Shown: in pieces, positions 54,065 through 64,000 of the stretch
Numbering within the stretch: position 1 is the stretch's first letter
Layout of the letters: each line of letters begins with the position of its first letter
Assembly (NCBI GenBank): GCA_965208675.1
Contig: OZ242351.1
Location: forward strand, 1,312,001 to 1,376,000
Direction: 5' to 3'
DNA length: 64,000 nucleotides
Origin: Candidatus Poribacteria bacterium
GTDB taxonomy: Bacteria; Poribacteria; WGA-4E; PCPOR2b
Notes under the pieces: generated by a model
What the model saw: only the letters and a program-made list of their open reading frames with translations
Databases searched by the model: none
What the model was told of the DNA's origin: nothing
Made by a program: the position numbers and the translations under genes

Positions 54065-56314
54065 TCATTCCGAAAGCATCTTCTGCATCTCATCAATCTG
54101 TTGACGCGCATAAGCAACGACGACGCTCTCCGGATGACTATCAATCAACGCTGAATAAACTTGCATTGCTTTTCTAACGTCCCCCAGTTGCCAGCGATAG
54201 GTATCGGCAATCTTTGACTGTGCTTCCGGCGCACGTGGACTCTCCAAAGTGACAACCTGGTAATACGCCTCGATCGCGCTTGTGTGGTCGCCTTGTTTCA
54301 GATAAATATCCCCGAATAACAACCTGATCTCATCAATGATTAGCGCATGAGGGTATAAGTCGATCGTTTCCGCCCCTTGTTCTAATGCTTTTTCCGTTTT
54401 CCCATTTATGTATGCGTGTAATGCTTTGACGTACCGCTTGAGTGGTTCGCGGTTAAAATCTGAATTGGAGTTGATTAGGACGATTCGATCCAGAGCATCA
54501 TTGCTCGCGGGATGAAATGCGGCAACTTCCAACACGTTATTGTACGCCGTAACTGCATCCTCAAAGCGTTCCTGAAAAAGTAATGAATCTCCAATTAACT
54601 TCTGGGCTTCAGCTTGGAATTTGCCATGTCCTCCAGCAATTGGGCCCAGCACATTTTGAGCCAGATCATGCTGACCTTGTAGAATGTGGCATTCTGCCAA
54701 ACGCAGTTGAACTTCCGTCTGTTGTGCAGATGTCAAGGGCTGACTGATTAACGATTGGTAGGTTCGCATTGCTGACGCAACATCACGGATGCCATGCAAC
54801 CATACATGTCCTAAGAGGAGCAGTGTGTTTACATCCTCGTGCCGACGCGTCATCTGGATCAAAACCGCTAACGCATCCTGCCAGCGTGCCGTCTGCACGT
54901 AGATTCGCGCCAACTTCATCTTTGAAGTCCAAGCCAAAACACTATCTGGAAAAAGCGAAATGATTGTTTCGTAATAGTCACCGGCTTTTGGATGCTTTTG
55001 CCGTTCCAAAATGTGCGCATATTTCTCTAAGAATTGACCGCGATCCGGTGGATAAATCTGATGAATTCGGGCAAGACTCTCAAGCGCTAAATCCAAATTC
55101 CCTTGATGAAAGTAAATTTCGGCCAATGCTAAAACGAGCTTCGGATTCTGAGGACTTTTCCGGAGTTCGGTTTTTAGGCGTGCAACAATCTTCGCAAATA
55201 AGCGCGCCTGTTGCTCTCCTTCATAAATCTCGGCGATGTTCACAATAAGTCTGTCACGACTGCTATACCCAATATCAACCGCATTCAACGCTCGTAGATA
55301 GGTGTTGATTGCATTTTCGATTTGGCCCTGAATTTTGTAAACATCAGCAAGGTTAGTATAGAGAGAAACGCTTGTTGTATCGCGTTTCAGTGCAGTCTGA
55401 TATACTTCAATCGCCTCATCATACATGTGATGGGAAACATAGATTTCACCGAGTTGTTGGTATCGGTGTGGTTGAATTGAACCACGCTTGATGATTTTCG
55501 ACCACTCGTGAACAGCTTGATTACGTTCGCCGCGCTCCGCGTGTAATTCACCAATTTTTTTTAAGAGATTTATATCGTTCGGATTGTGCTCAAGTGCCGC
55601 ATGGTAAAGGCTCAACGCTTCACTATGCTTACCCTGTTGTTTGTATAGGTCTGCCAGTTGCTCCATCAAATCTGTATCACCGGAATTTTGGCGGAGATAA
55701 TCTTGAAGTAATTCGTGCGCCTCGTCGTGCCGGTTTCGAGCGAGGTATAGCCGTACGAGACTGTGCAGCGCGCTGACATGGTAAACAGAATTCGGAAAAT
55801 CCTTCAAAAACCCACGGTAATTCTGAATTGCCTTATCGACCATGCCGCCGGAGTTCATATACTGTGCGATTAAGTAGCGCGCAATTTCTGCTGCGTGAGT
55901 ATTCGGATATTTTTGTACGAGTTCATTGCACGATCGAATTGCCTCTTTGTATTGATACCGCTGAATATAGAGATTTCCAATTTGGTGAACCGCTTGGTTC
56001 GCGTATGAACCGCTTGGATTATCATCAATTATGGCGCGGAAAGTTTGGGCGGCAAGCGCATCCTCACCGAGATGCACATAGCAGCGTCCCATATTTATGC
56101 GGATGGCATCTCTCGTATTCGGACGCAGTGGTGTTTTCAAAAGGGGCTGATACGCCGCAATCGCCTCTGAATATTTCCGAATGTAGAAGAGATCATGGGC
56201 AGACTGGACGGCCTCGACATCTTCCTGCACGTCGTGGTTTTGGGCAGACACCGTCAGTGGGATTAACACAGAAAGGATAAATTGCGCACAAATCAACAAT
56301 TTTCCAATCAACAA
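54065..56314 (-). CDS. Exported tetratricopeptide-repeat protein
   Basis: Signal peptide; many TPR units (A...Y......P); AAGGAG RBS. Confidence 0.88.
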   Translation of the reverse strand: MLIGKLLICAQFILSVLIPLTVSAQNHDVQEDVEAVQSAHDLFYIRKYSEAIAAYQPLLKTPLRPNTRDAIRINMGRCYVHLGEDALAAQTFRAIIDDNPSGSYANQAVHQIGNLYIQRYQYKEAIRSCNELVQKYPNTHAAEIARYLIAQYMNSGGMVDKAIQNYRGFLKDFPNSVYHVSALHSLVRLYLARNRHDEAHELLQDYLRQNSGDTDLMEQLADLYKQQGKHSEALSLYHAALEHNPNDINLLKKIGELHAERGERNQAVHEWSKIIKRGSIQPHRYQQLGEIYVSHHMYDEAIEVYQTALKRDTTSVSLYTNLADVYKIQGQIENAINTYLRALNAVDIGYSSRDRLIVNIAEIYEGEQQARLFAKIVARLKTELRKSPQNPKLVLALAEIYFHQGNLDLALESLARIHQIYPPDRGQFLEKYAHILERQKHPKAGDYYETIISLFPDSVLAWTSKMKLARIYVQTARWQDALAVLIQMTRRHEDVNTLLLLGHVWLHGIRDVASAMRTYQSLISQPLTSAQQTEVQLRLAECHILQGQHDLAQNVLGPIAGGHGKFQAEAQKLIGDSLLFQERFEDAVTAYNNVLEVAAFHPASNDALDRIVLINSNSDFNREPLKRYVKALHAYINGKTEKALEQGAETIDLYPHALIIDEIRLLFGDIYLKQGDHTSAIEAYYQVVTLESPRAPEAQSKIADTYRWQLGDVRKAMQVYSALIDSHPESVVVAYARQQIDEMQKMLSE

Positions 56315-56418
56315 AATTCTCCTTAACTCAGCGTTTATCCTCGGTTATTGGATTAGATTGCAAGGTTAACCGGGTGGGAAACGGCCGTTATGGAATTTTC
56401 AGCCGCGAATGCAATTTT

Positions 56419-57399
56419 TCATGAACTAGGCAACAACTTTAAAACCATGACTTCTAATGCCAACGTGCTGTTGACGTTACGTTTAAGCAAATCCTTGGTT
56501 TCAAAGACTGTTTTGATGGCTGTTTGCAGTTTCATCCGCGAATATCGGGAAGTCAGTTGTTGAAGACGCTGCGCGTGATAGATATGAGTCAATGATTCCG
56601 CCGGGGCACCCTGGTGCAACAGTAACAAATCTCGATACCAAGTTACAAGTTGTTCAAGCGCCTCCGGATTCTGATTGAACTTCTCGGCTATGCGAAAAGC
56701 CGTCAATCTGTCGCTAGACTCTATAATTTCCGGTATTTCTTGTTGAGAAATATCTACATTTTCTCTCAGTCGGGTCAACGCATTTCCAACTGCACCGCGT
56801 GATAACGATGCGATGTGAAACGCTTTGTGTTCTTCAAGGTTAAATTGTTGAACAAGGTACTCTGCAAGTTCAGGAATTGCAAGCGGGTGAAAGTCAATAA
56901 TCTGGCACCGGGATCGGATCGTAGGCAATAACGCATCTAAATTTGAAGTAATCAATACTAAAACCGACGCCGCTGGCGGTTCTTCTAAAGTTTTGAGTAA
57001 GCAATTCGCCGCCTCCAGATTCATGCAATCTACTTCAGTCAGGATATATACTTTTCGTTTACCCTCAAGCGGCCGGTAGACAATCCATTTTTGTAAATCT
57101 CGAATTTGATCTATTTTCATCCATGCGCCTAATGGATTGATTTTTTTCACATCTGGATGGTTTCCATTATCGATTTTTCGGCAAGACAAACACGAGTTAC
57201 ACGGCCTCTGTTCCGACGCAGTGCAGTTAATCGTTTTCGCAAAGTAGATGGCAATGGTTTCTTTGCCAATATTTGCGGGTCCTGCGAATAGATATGCTCC
57301 TGCCACACGATTCGATTCAATGGCATGGAGTAGTTGTTCGATTATCTGTTCGTGACCAATGATACGTGACTGCATAGGCAGTGAATCAGCGGATCGCAA
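56419..57399 (-). CDS. holB: DNA polymerase III delta-prime subunit
   Basis: AYLF.GP...GK, C..C.SC...HPD, AAN.LLKTLEEP, LPTIRSRC; follows tmk. Confidence 0.95.
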   Translation of the reverse strand: MRSADSLPMQSRIIGHEQIIEQLLHAIESNRVAGAYLFAGPANIGKETIAIYFAKTINCTASEQRPCNSCLSCRKIDNGNHPDVKKINPLGAWMKIDQIRDLQKWIVYRPLEGKRKVYILTEVDCMNLEAANCLLKTLEEPPAASVLVLITSNLDALLPTIRSRCQIIDFHPLAIPELAEYLVQQFNLEEHKAFHIASLSRGAVGNALTRLRENVDISQQEIPEIIESSDRLTAFRIAEKFNQNPEALEQLVTWYRDLLLLHQGAPAESLTHIYHAQRLQQLTSRYSRMKLQTAIKTVFETKDLLKRNVNSTLALEVMVLKLLPSS

Positions 57400-57401
57400 T
57401 C

Positions 57402-58055
57402 TTACAGTTTACGTTCCATCCCTTTCGTTAGCAATAGGCCGTCTATTTCCGCCTTAATCAATTTATGTATGCTATCTACCTTGGCTAGGGCATCAATTAC
57501 CGTAATACGATTGGGCTCTTGATTTGCAATTGCAAGATAGGCTTGGCGGATTCGATTGTGAGATTCGAAATCCTCTAAATCTAAGCGATTCATTGCACTC
57601 TGCCTTTGTTGTACACGTTTTAAGCCGATTTCTACCGGCAAATCTAACACAAAAGTTCGATCTGGTGACAACTCGCGTGCCGCGATACGATTCAGCTTGC
57701 GAATCAGATTCAAATCCAATCCGCACCGATAGCCTTGGTAAACGACCGTTGCGTCAGAAAATCGATCGGAGATAACAATCTTCCCACTATCCAGCGCAGG
57801 CAAGATAACATCGGACACATGTTGCGCCCTCGCCGCAGCAATCAGCAACAGCTCCGTCGTTGATGCCATTTCATTGTGATTCGGATTCAAGAAGATTCCG
57901 CGGATTTCTTCTGATATGGGTGTCCCGCCAGGTTCACGTGTAACGCATACGGCATAGCCCGTTTGACTGAGAAACGCCGACAATTTTTGAATTTGCGTCG
58001 TTTTCCCTGAACCTTCCATACCCTCAAATGTGATAAGTAGACCGTCTTTTGCCAC
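57402..58055 (-). CDS. tmk: Thymidylate kinase (canonical)
   Basis: FEGMEGSGKTTQ, TREPGGT, AARAQH, SDRF.DAT..YQG. Confidence 0.97.
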   Translation of the reverse strand: MAKDGLLITFEGMEGSGKTTQIQKLSAFLSQTGYAVCVTREPGGTPISEEIRGIFLNPNHNEMASTTELLLIAAARAQHVSDVILPALDSGKIVISDRFSDATVVYQGYRCGLDLNLIRKLNRIAARELSPDRTFVLDLPVEIGLKRVQQRQSAMNRLDLEDFESHNRIRQAYLAIANQEPNRITVIDALAKVDSIHKLIKAEIDGLLLTKGMERKL

Positions 58056-58342
58056 AGTTTACCTTATTTTCTTGATTCATGTGATAGCATAGAAATTGCC
58101 ACTTGCGAGCATGGTCATGAGGAATAATGGAAATGCGGATTTATACTGAGCATACCGCTGGCTTATTTGACGGCGAGATTGGTCTGAAATGATTCTAAAC
58201 TCACCCTGTGGCGGCATCTATCTGAAATCCTCCCGAACCGCGCCGCTAAAATTGGCGCAATATAATGGGAGGCGGATAGTCGCTAGAGGTGCGTGTAGCG
58301 TGGCACTGGCGAACACCTAGTTGGTGAATCGGTTTTGCAGGA

Positions 58343-59251
58343 TTATAACTGTACCAATTTCTGGATTTCAGAATAGCGTTGGTTGATATCCAAGCGCGTA
58401 AGGGTGCGTTGTCGGTTTAGACTGAAATCCTCAACGTCGAATGAGGCGATGACCGTCCCGTAGATTATGGCTTTGCGAATTGTCGGCTCTGACATGTCGC
58501 CGGTAGACGCCAAATAACCCAGGAATCCGCCTGCAAAACTATCGCCGGCACCGGTTGGATCCGACACGCATTCCAGTGGATAAGCCGGCGCGGAAAAAAA
58601 AGTGGAATCCGTCAACGAAATCGCACCGTGTTCACCCTTCTTGATAATCACTCGGTTCGGTCCACGAGTTAGGATTTCCTTTGCGGCGCGAATAAGATTG
58701 CTTTCATATGTTAAAAGACGGGCTTCGGTATCGTTGATAATCAGTATATCGACCCTACTCAAAGTGCGCATGAGTGCATCGCGGCTGTTATTTATCCAGA
58801 GATTCATTGTGTCGCAAACAATTAACTTTGCATCCGTTGTTTGCTGGAGGACGCTCAACTGTAGTTCAGGATTGATATTCGCTAAAAATACGTAGGGTGT
58901 ATCTTTATGATTTACCGGCAATTTCGGGTTAAAGTCGCCATAGACATTCAAATCCGTGAAAAGTGTAAGCGCAGCGTTCGGATCGTCCGTATAACGACCG
59001 CCCCAACGAAAGGTACTGCCGCCTTGAATCTGCTCCAACCCCGTTAAATCTATTCCGCGTGACTGGAGGAAGTTTATGTGTTCTTGAGGAAAATCATCTC
59101 CGATGACAGCCACCAAGCGGATTGGATTGTGGAAAAAACTTGCTGCTACAGAAAAATAGATTGCCGATCCACCGAGTGCGTTCTCGACATGACCGGCGGA
59201 TGTTTCAACTGAATCCAGTCCAACGGATCCAACAACCAATATGCTCATCAA
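58343..59251 (-). CDS. PfkB-family carbohydrate/nucleoside kinase
   Basis: LGGSA, DTMN.WI, N..EA, KKGEHG, DPTGAGDSFAGG. Confidence 0.92.
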   Translation of the reverse strand: MMSILVVGSVGLDSVETSAGHVENALGGSAIYFSVAASFFHNPIRLVAVIGDDFPQEHINFLQSRGIDLTGLEQIQGGSTFRWGGRYTDDPNAALTLFTDLNVYGDFNPKLPVNHKDTPYVFLANINPELQLSVLQQTTDAKLIVCDTMNLWINNSRDALMRTLSRVDILIINDTEARLLTYESNLIRAAKEILTRGPNRVIIKKGEHGAISLTDSTFFSAPAYPLECVSDPTGAGDSFAGGFLGYLASTGDMSEPTIRKAIIYGTVIASFDVEDFSLNRQRTLTRLDINQRYSEIQKLVQL

Positions 59252-59330
59252 TCAACCTTTCAGATTGGCACGGCCCTTTGGCTATAGTTTTTTGAGGTAT
59301 CGAAGCGTTCGGTAGCCCATAATGGAAAGT

Positions 59331-59549
59331 TCATTGGCGGTTTTTGTTCCGCAGCGCATACACAACGCGGCGAACGCGGCGAACCAGGATAACGACGAGA
59401 GTCACCAACAAAACCCCCTGGAGTATTTGACCCAACCGAAACATACTTTCAGATAGTCGCGACGGATCGGATTGTAACAACCAGATGGGCAAAAATAAAA
59501 TCGCCGCTAAAAGCAATATTATACTTTCCCATAGCTCCGATTTCTTCAT
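59331..59549 (-). CDS. Small two-TM membrane protein
   Basis: Two hydrophobic helices, basic C-terminus, GAGGA RBS; inside the metK-ahcY-pfkB run. Confidence 0.7.
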   Translation of the reverse strand: MKKSELWESIILLLAAILFLPIWLLQSDPSRLSESMFRLGQILQGVLLVTLVVILVRRVRRVVYALRNKNRQ

Positions 59550-59587
59550 CGGCCGGATATCCTCAAGTTATGCGCATGACACAACTT

Positions 59588-60850
59588 TCAAGTGCCCATC
59601 GTCCAGGAATTTAGATAAGTGCGCTGTTCTTCTGTCAACTCATCAATAGTAATGCCGAGTGCTTGCAATTTCAGCTGGGCAACGGATGCATCAAGTGCGG
59701 GCGGTACGAGGTAAACACGATTTTCCATTTGCGACTCGTTCTTGACGATGTACTCGGCAGACAAAGCCTGATTAGCAAAACTCATATCCATGACACTCGC
59801 GGGATGGCCTTCGGCCGAGGCTAAATTGATTAACCGCCCTTCACCAAGCAGACAGAGTCTGCGTCCATCTTTCAAAGTATATTCCTCGACATATTCCCGG
59901 GCTGTTCTCACTTCGACGCTCAAATCTTTTAGTGCGGGGATATCGATCTCAACATTAAAGTGCCCCGAGTTACAAATAATTGCGCCATCCTTCATCACCT
60001 CAAAATGTTCGCGGCGCAACACATGGATATCCCCCGTCAGCGTGACAACAACATCCGCCTCCGCAGCCGCATCAATCATCGGCATGACACGGAAACCATC
60101 CATCACCGCTTCCAATGCACTCAATGGGTCAACCTCTGTAACGATGACGTTCGCTCCGAGTCCGCGCACTCTGTTAGCAAATCCACGACCACACCAACCG
60201 TAACCGACAACGACAACGGTTGTACCAGCAATTAGCAAATTGGTCGCACGAATAATTCCGTCCAACGTGCTTTGCCCCGTACCGTACCGATTGTCAAAGA
60301 AGTGCTTTGTCTTGGCGTCATTCACGGCGATAATTGGGTACCGAAGAACGCCTTCAGCAGCCATGCTTTTTAGCCGAATCACTCCGGTTGTCGTCTCCTC
60401 TGTCCCCGCAAGCACCTGTTCGGCGTGAGCGGGGTTCGTGTTTTCGGAATGGAGTTGAGAAACCAAGTCGGCGCCGTCATCCATCGTAATTAAAGGCTGA
60501 AAGTTCACGGCTGCATCAATGTGTTGGTAGTAGGTGTCATTGTCCTCGCCTTTAATCGCAAAGACAGAGATGCCCTCATGCGCGACGAGGGATGCAGCAA
60601 CAGCATCCTGGGTGCTCAGTGGATTTGAAGCGCACAGCGCAATCTCCGCGCCGCCGGCTTTCAAAGCTCGCATAAGGTTAGCGGTCTCCGTTGTAACGTG
60701 CAAACACGCAGAGATTCGAACCCCATCCAATGGACGTTCCGCAGCAAACCGTTCACGGATTAGGCTGAGAACCGGCATAAAACGTTCCGCCCAATCAATC
60801 CTCTGTTTCCCTTCCTCTGCTAAGTCAACGTTTCTAATATCGTAATCCAT
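59588..60850 (-). CDS. ahcY: Adenosylhomocysteinase
   Basis: [52 protein letters not shown]. Confidence 0.98.
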   Translation of the reverse strand: MDYDIRNVDLAEEGKQRIDWAERFMPVLSLIRERFAAERPLDGVRISACLHVTTETANLMRALKAGGAEIALCASNPLSTQDAVAASLVAHEGISVFAIKGEDNDTYYQHIDAAVNFQPLITMDDGADLVSQLHSENTNPAHAEQVLAGTEETTTGVIRLKSMAAEGVLRYPIIAVNDAKTKHFFDNRYGTGQSTLDGIIRATNLLIAGTTVVVVGYGWCGRGFANRVRGLGANVIVTEVDPLSALEAVMDGFRVMPMIDAAAEADVVVTLTGDIHVLRREHFEVMKDGAIICNSGHFNVEIDIPALKDLSVEVRTAREYVEEYTLKDGRRLCLLGEGRLINLASAEGHPASVMDMSFANQALSAEYIVKNESQMENRVYLVPPALDASVAQLKLQALGITIDELTEEQRTYLNSWTMGT

Positions 60851-62038
60851 TTATTCTCCTGTACAGCGCTGTGCCTCGGATCTGAGGCGTTCGACATAAT
60901 CGGTCAATTCCCAGGTAAAACCGTCTTCTTCGCGTCCGAAGTGACCATAAGCCGCCGTCCTAAAGTAAATTGGTCTGCGCAGTTGTAGACGTTTGATAAT
61001 TCCGGCGGGTGTTAAATCGAAAACTTCCTTCACAACACAAGTCAATGTTTCATCTGATAGCCTCACGCCGTCAATAGTTCTTCCGGTACCAAAAGTATCA
61101 ACCATGACTGATATTGGTTCGACAACGCCAATGGCGTAAGATATTTGGACTTCACACCGTTCTGCCAGCCCTGCCGCCACGATATTTTTCGCAACATGCC
61201 GGGCAGCGTAGCAAGCGCTGCGATCGACCTTCGTTGGATCTTTACCGGAAAACGCGCCGCCGCCGTGCCGTCCCATACCGCCGTAGGTATCAGCAATTAT
61301 CTTTCGTCCAGTTAAGCCGGCATCGCCTTGGGGACCGCCGACGACAAATCTCCCCGTGGGGTTAACATGGATTACCATATCCTCGCCGCGCAGATTCGGC
61401 GGAATCACACGGCAGATAACTTCTCTAATTATGTCGTCTCTCATAACGCTGTCTGTCAACCCACAGCTCTCAAGTGGGTGGTGCTGGGCAGAAATGACAA
61501 CCGTGTGGACATACTCAGGATGCCCATCAATATACTGAACCGTAACCTGCGACTTTCCATCAGGACGCAGATAGTTGAGTGTACCGTCTCGCCGAACTGC
61601 TGCCAAACGCCGGGTCAGTTGATGAGCCAGCATAATCGGCATCGGCATCAATTGGGGGGTTTCACGGCAAGCATAACCGAACATCATGCCTTGATCGCCA
61701 GCGCCGAGTTTATCAACACCCATCGCAATATCGGGGGACTGCTGATCAATCCTCGCCTGCACCTCACATTCTACGGTGTCAAATCCGTAATCGGCTTGGG
61801 TATATCCAATCTGCCGAATCACTTCAATAGCGATTGAGCAAATATCAATGTTGGTGTTTGTAGTGATTTCACCCGCGACGAGTGCAAGCCCGGTTGTCAC
61901 CAAGGTCTCGCATGCAACGCGTCCATTTGGATCTTCCGCCATAACGGCGTCAAGCACCGCGTCAGAAATCTGATCTGCAATTTTGTCAGGGTGACCTTCA
62001 GTTACAGACTCTGATGTAAATAAATAATTTTGGCTCAA
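60851..62038 (-). CDS. metK: S-adenosylmethionine synthetase
   Basis: [28 protein letters not shown]. Confidence 0.99.
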   Translation of the reverse strand: MSQNYLFTSESVTEGHPDKIADQISDAVLDAVMAEDPNGRVACETLVTTGLALVAGEITTNTNIDICSIAIEVIRQIGYTQADYGFDTVECEVQARIDQQSPDIAMGVDKLGAGDQGMMFGYACRETPQLMPMPIMLAHQLTRRLAAVRRDGTLNYLRPDGKSQVTVQYIDGHPEYVHTVVISAQHHPLESCGLTDSVMRDDIIREVICRVIPPNLRGEDMVIHVNPTGRFVVGGPQGDAGLTGRKIIADTYGGMGRHGGGAFSGKDPTKVDRSACYAARHVAKNIVAAGLAERCEVQISYAIGVVEPISVMVDTFGTGRTIDGVRLSDETLTCVVKEVFDLTPAGIIKRLQLRRPIYFRTAAYGHFGREEDGFTWELTDYVERLRSEAQRCTGE

Positions 62039-62636
62039 TTGATTGCTCCTAACCTCAACTTTAGGTAGATGTATTTTGCGTGTTTACGCGATTAACCGTA
62101 TCAATGTTGTTCGTGTTTGTCCCCGCCAAATCTTCAATACCGCATTTGTAGTAGACACTTATGGTTTCCCTCAATGTATTTAAACCAACTCAATTTTTAT
62201 GTTCCGACTTCATCAAATCTATTCGCGAATATTCTCCGAATTCAATTCAATGACTGAGCAAGTTTAGACCATCTGGACGCTTCGCAATACCCGGCTCGCA
62301 ACCGCCATAGTAATCTGCCCGGATTTGCATCCAAATACAGCGATGTCTACGGTCCCTATCTAGCCTAAGGAAAGAGGACAAATTACGGGTCTGTTATTTA
62401 CCTAAATCCACGTCAAAGAGGGAGGCGGGAAAGTCACCGGTAAGGTTATAAATGGAAAGGAATAAAAGCCGTTTTCAACAGTGATACCATCACAGAACAC
62501 ACTGCACAAGATTCTTGTTTCCTAACGACATAAATCTAGCGTATCGCACGGACACTCAGCCTCCCGCACGACTAGCAGTTAATTTGTTCAATGGCGTAAT
62601 TCAAGGATTCAGTGATCGCGTATCATTCCCGTTCTG

Positions 62637-64000
62637 TCACTCCTCAGAACCGGATTTATCAAGTTCTTCTCTAAGCAAGGCGCCCAACGTAGTGGTTGGC
62701 TCTTCGGGATCCTCCGTTTCTTGCTGTTCCTGATATTGTGTTACGGTTGCACGTTCTTGCTCTGCGCGTGCTCCTTTCAGACTCAAACCGATGCGGCGTT
62801 CCGTTGCATCAAGATGAATCACTTTCAGGTCAAATACGTCGCCAATCGAGACTACATCTTCAGGCTTATCAATACGTTGGTTAGCAAGTTCAGAAATGTG
62901 AATGAGTCCCTCAATGCCATCCTCAAGCTTTGCGAATGCGCCGAAATTCGTCAAATTCACAATTTCCCCGCGTACAATTGAATCAATATTGTACTTCTCG
63001 GGAACCTGCAACCATGGATCCGGTTCAATCTGCTTAAGGCCCAATGAAACCTTTTGCTCTGCGGGATCTATACTTAAAACCATAACTTCAACTTCATCAC
63101 CTTCCCTGAGAATCTCACGCGGGTGGACATCTCGCTTGACCCAAGAGAGGTCTGTAGTATGAATCAGACCATCCACCTCATCTTCAATTTCAACAAAGGC
63201 GCCAAAATCTGTCAGGTTTCTTACACGGCCAACAATTTTTGTACCAATCGGATACTTGGTTTCCAAGAGTTCCCATGGATTGGGCTGGAGTTGTTTTAAC
63301 CCGAGCGAAATTCTTTTGCTCCCTCTATCAATCTCAAGCACAACTGCCTCAACCTTGTCCTCTTTACTGAAGATTCTTGAAGGCGCAACATTTCTTTTAG
63401 TCCATGACATTTCCGATACATGAATGAGTCCTTCAACCCCTTCCTCAAGTTCAAGGAAAGCACCGTAGTTGACAATATTGACAACTCGCCCTTGAACCGT
63501 GGATCCAACCGGAAATTTTTCTTCAACTGTGAGCCACGGATCTGTGGTTTTCTGTTTCAAGCCGAGCGATATTTTTTCGCTTTGGTGGTCAATGTCAGTA
63601 ATTTTCACTTCAATTTCGTCGCCAATCGAAATCATCTCGGAAGGGTGATTCACTCTACTCCACGACATATCCGTTTTGTGGAGCAGCCCATCAATGCCGC
63701 CGAGATCGACAAAAGCGCCGAAGGAGGTAATGTTCTTAACCACCCCGGACCGAATCTGTCCAATTTCAAGTGCACTCAGCAATTCCGCCTTTTGCGAAGC
63801 CAATTCTTCTTCGAGAAGAATTCGGCGCGACAAGACAATGTTGCGGCGGCGCCTACTGACTTTAACTACCTTCATCTCAAGCGTTTTTCCAATATACCGC
63901 TCGAAATTCTGAACAGGACGCAATTCAATCTGTGAAGCCGGTAGAAATGCGCGTAATTTACCAACCTCTACCCGAAGTCCCCCTTTGATGTGTTCTACAA
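62637..64000 (-). CDS. rpsA: 30S ribosomal protein S1 (5' end outside the window)
   Basis: Tandem S1 domains (FGAFV....I.GL.H.S...W; ISLGLKQ...PW); frame stays open to the window edge (KGGLRV...AFLPASQ). Confidence 0.97.
   Translation of the reverse strand, partial: VEHIKGGLRVEVGKLRAFLPASQIELRPVQNFERYIGKTLEMKVVKVSRRRRNIVLSRRILLEEELASQKAELLSALEIGQIRSGVVKNITSFGAFVDLGGIDGLLHKTDMSWSRVNHPSEMISIGDEIEVKITDIDHQSEKISLGLKQKTTDPWLTVEEKFPVGSTVQGRVVNIVNYGAFLELEEGVEGLIHVSEMSWTKRNVAPSRIFSKEDKVEAVVLEIDRGSKRISLGLKQLQPNPWELLETKYPIGTKIVGRVRNLTDFGAFVEIEDEVDGLIHTTDLSWVKRDVHPREILREGDEVEVMVLSIDPAEQKVSLGLKQIEPDPWLQVPEKYNIDSIVRGEIVNLTNFGAFAKLEDGIEGLIHISELANQRIDKPEDVVSIGDVFDLKVIHLDATERRIGLSLKGARAEQERATVTQYQEQQETEDPEEPTTTLGALLREELDKSGSEE

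Noticed and set aside
157-63935. Numerous 60-270 aa antisense or alternate-frame ORFs inside confident genes
   Set aside because: They are shadow ORFs fully overlapping well-supported CDSs, with no motifs of their own.

Overview
A 64-kb, gene-dense bacterial chromosomal segment. It is probably Candidatus Poribacteria; this is inferred from a LamG protein ending in the KLATSWGNIK-type motif, three PhyH-family dioxygenases and two ASPIC/UnbV proteins. It holds housekeeping genes (aroC, leuS, rnj, holB, tmk, metK-ahcY, partial rpsA), a stand-alone divergent EF-G paralog, and a tandem Tmk-like pair resembling a heteromeric polyphosphate kinase. It also has a duplicated membrane-anchored coiled-coil gene, an mgtE remnant, an ECF sigma/small protein/M1 pseudo-peptidase locus, and an 11-gene type II secretion-like cluster (E,F,G,H,I,J,K,L,M,C,D). 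That cluster has extra helix-hairpin-helix modules and an elongated secretin with Arg/Trp-rich loops. The most unusual non-coding signal is a modular GTAG-REP-like repeat at five 3' intergenic sites. One module's two hairpin arms are held apart by a variable insert of fixed length (70, 71, 70, 70 nt), and two copies carry an antisense RBS-led micro-ORF with a shared N-terminus. No tRNA, rRNA, CRISPR array or transposase was seen. All calls come from reading motifs by eye; no database searches were run.
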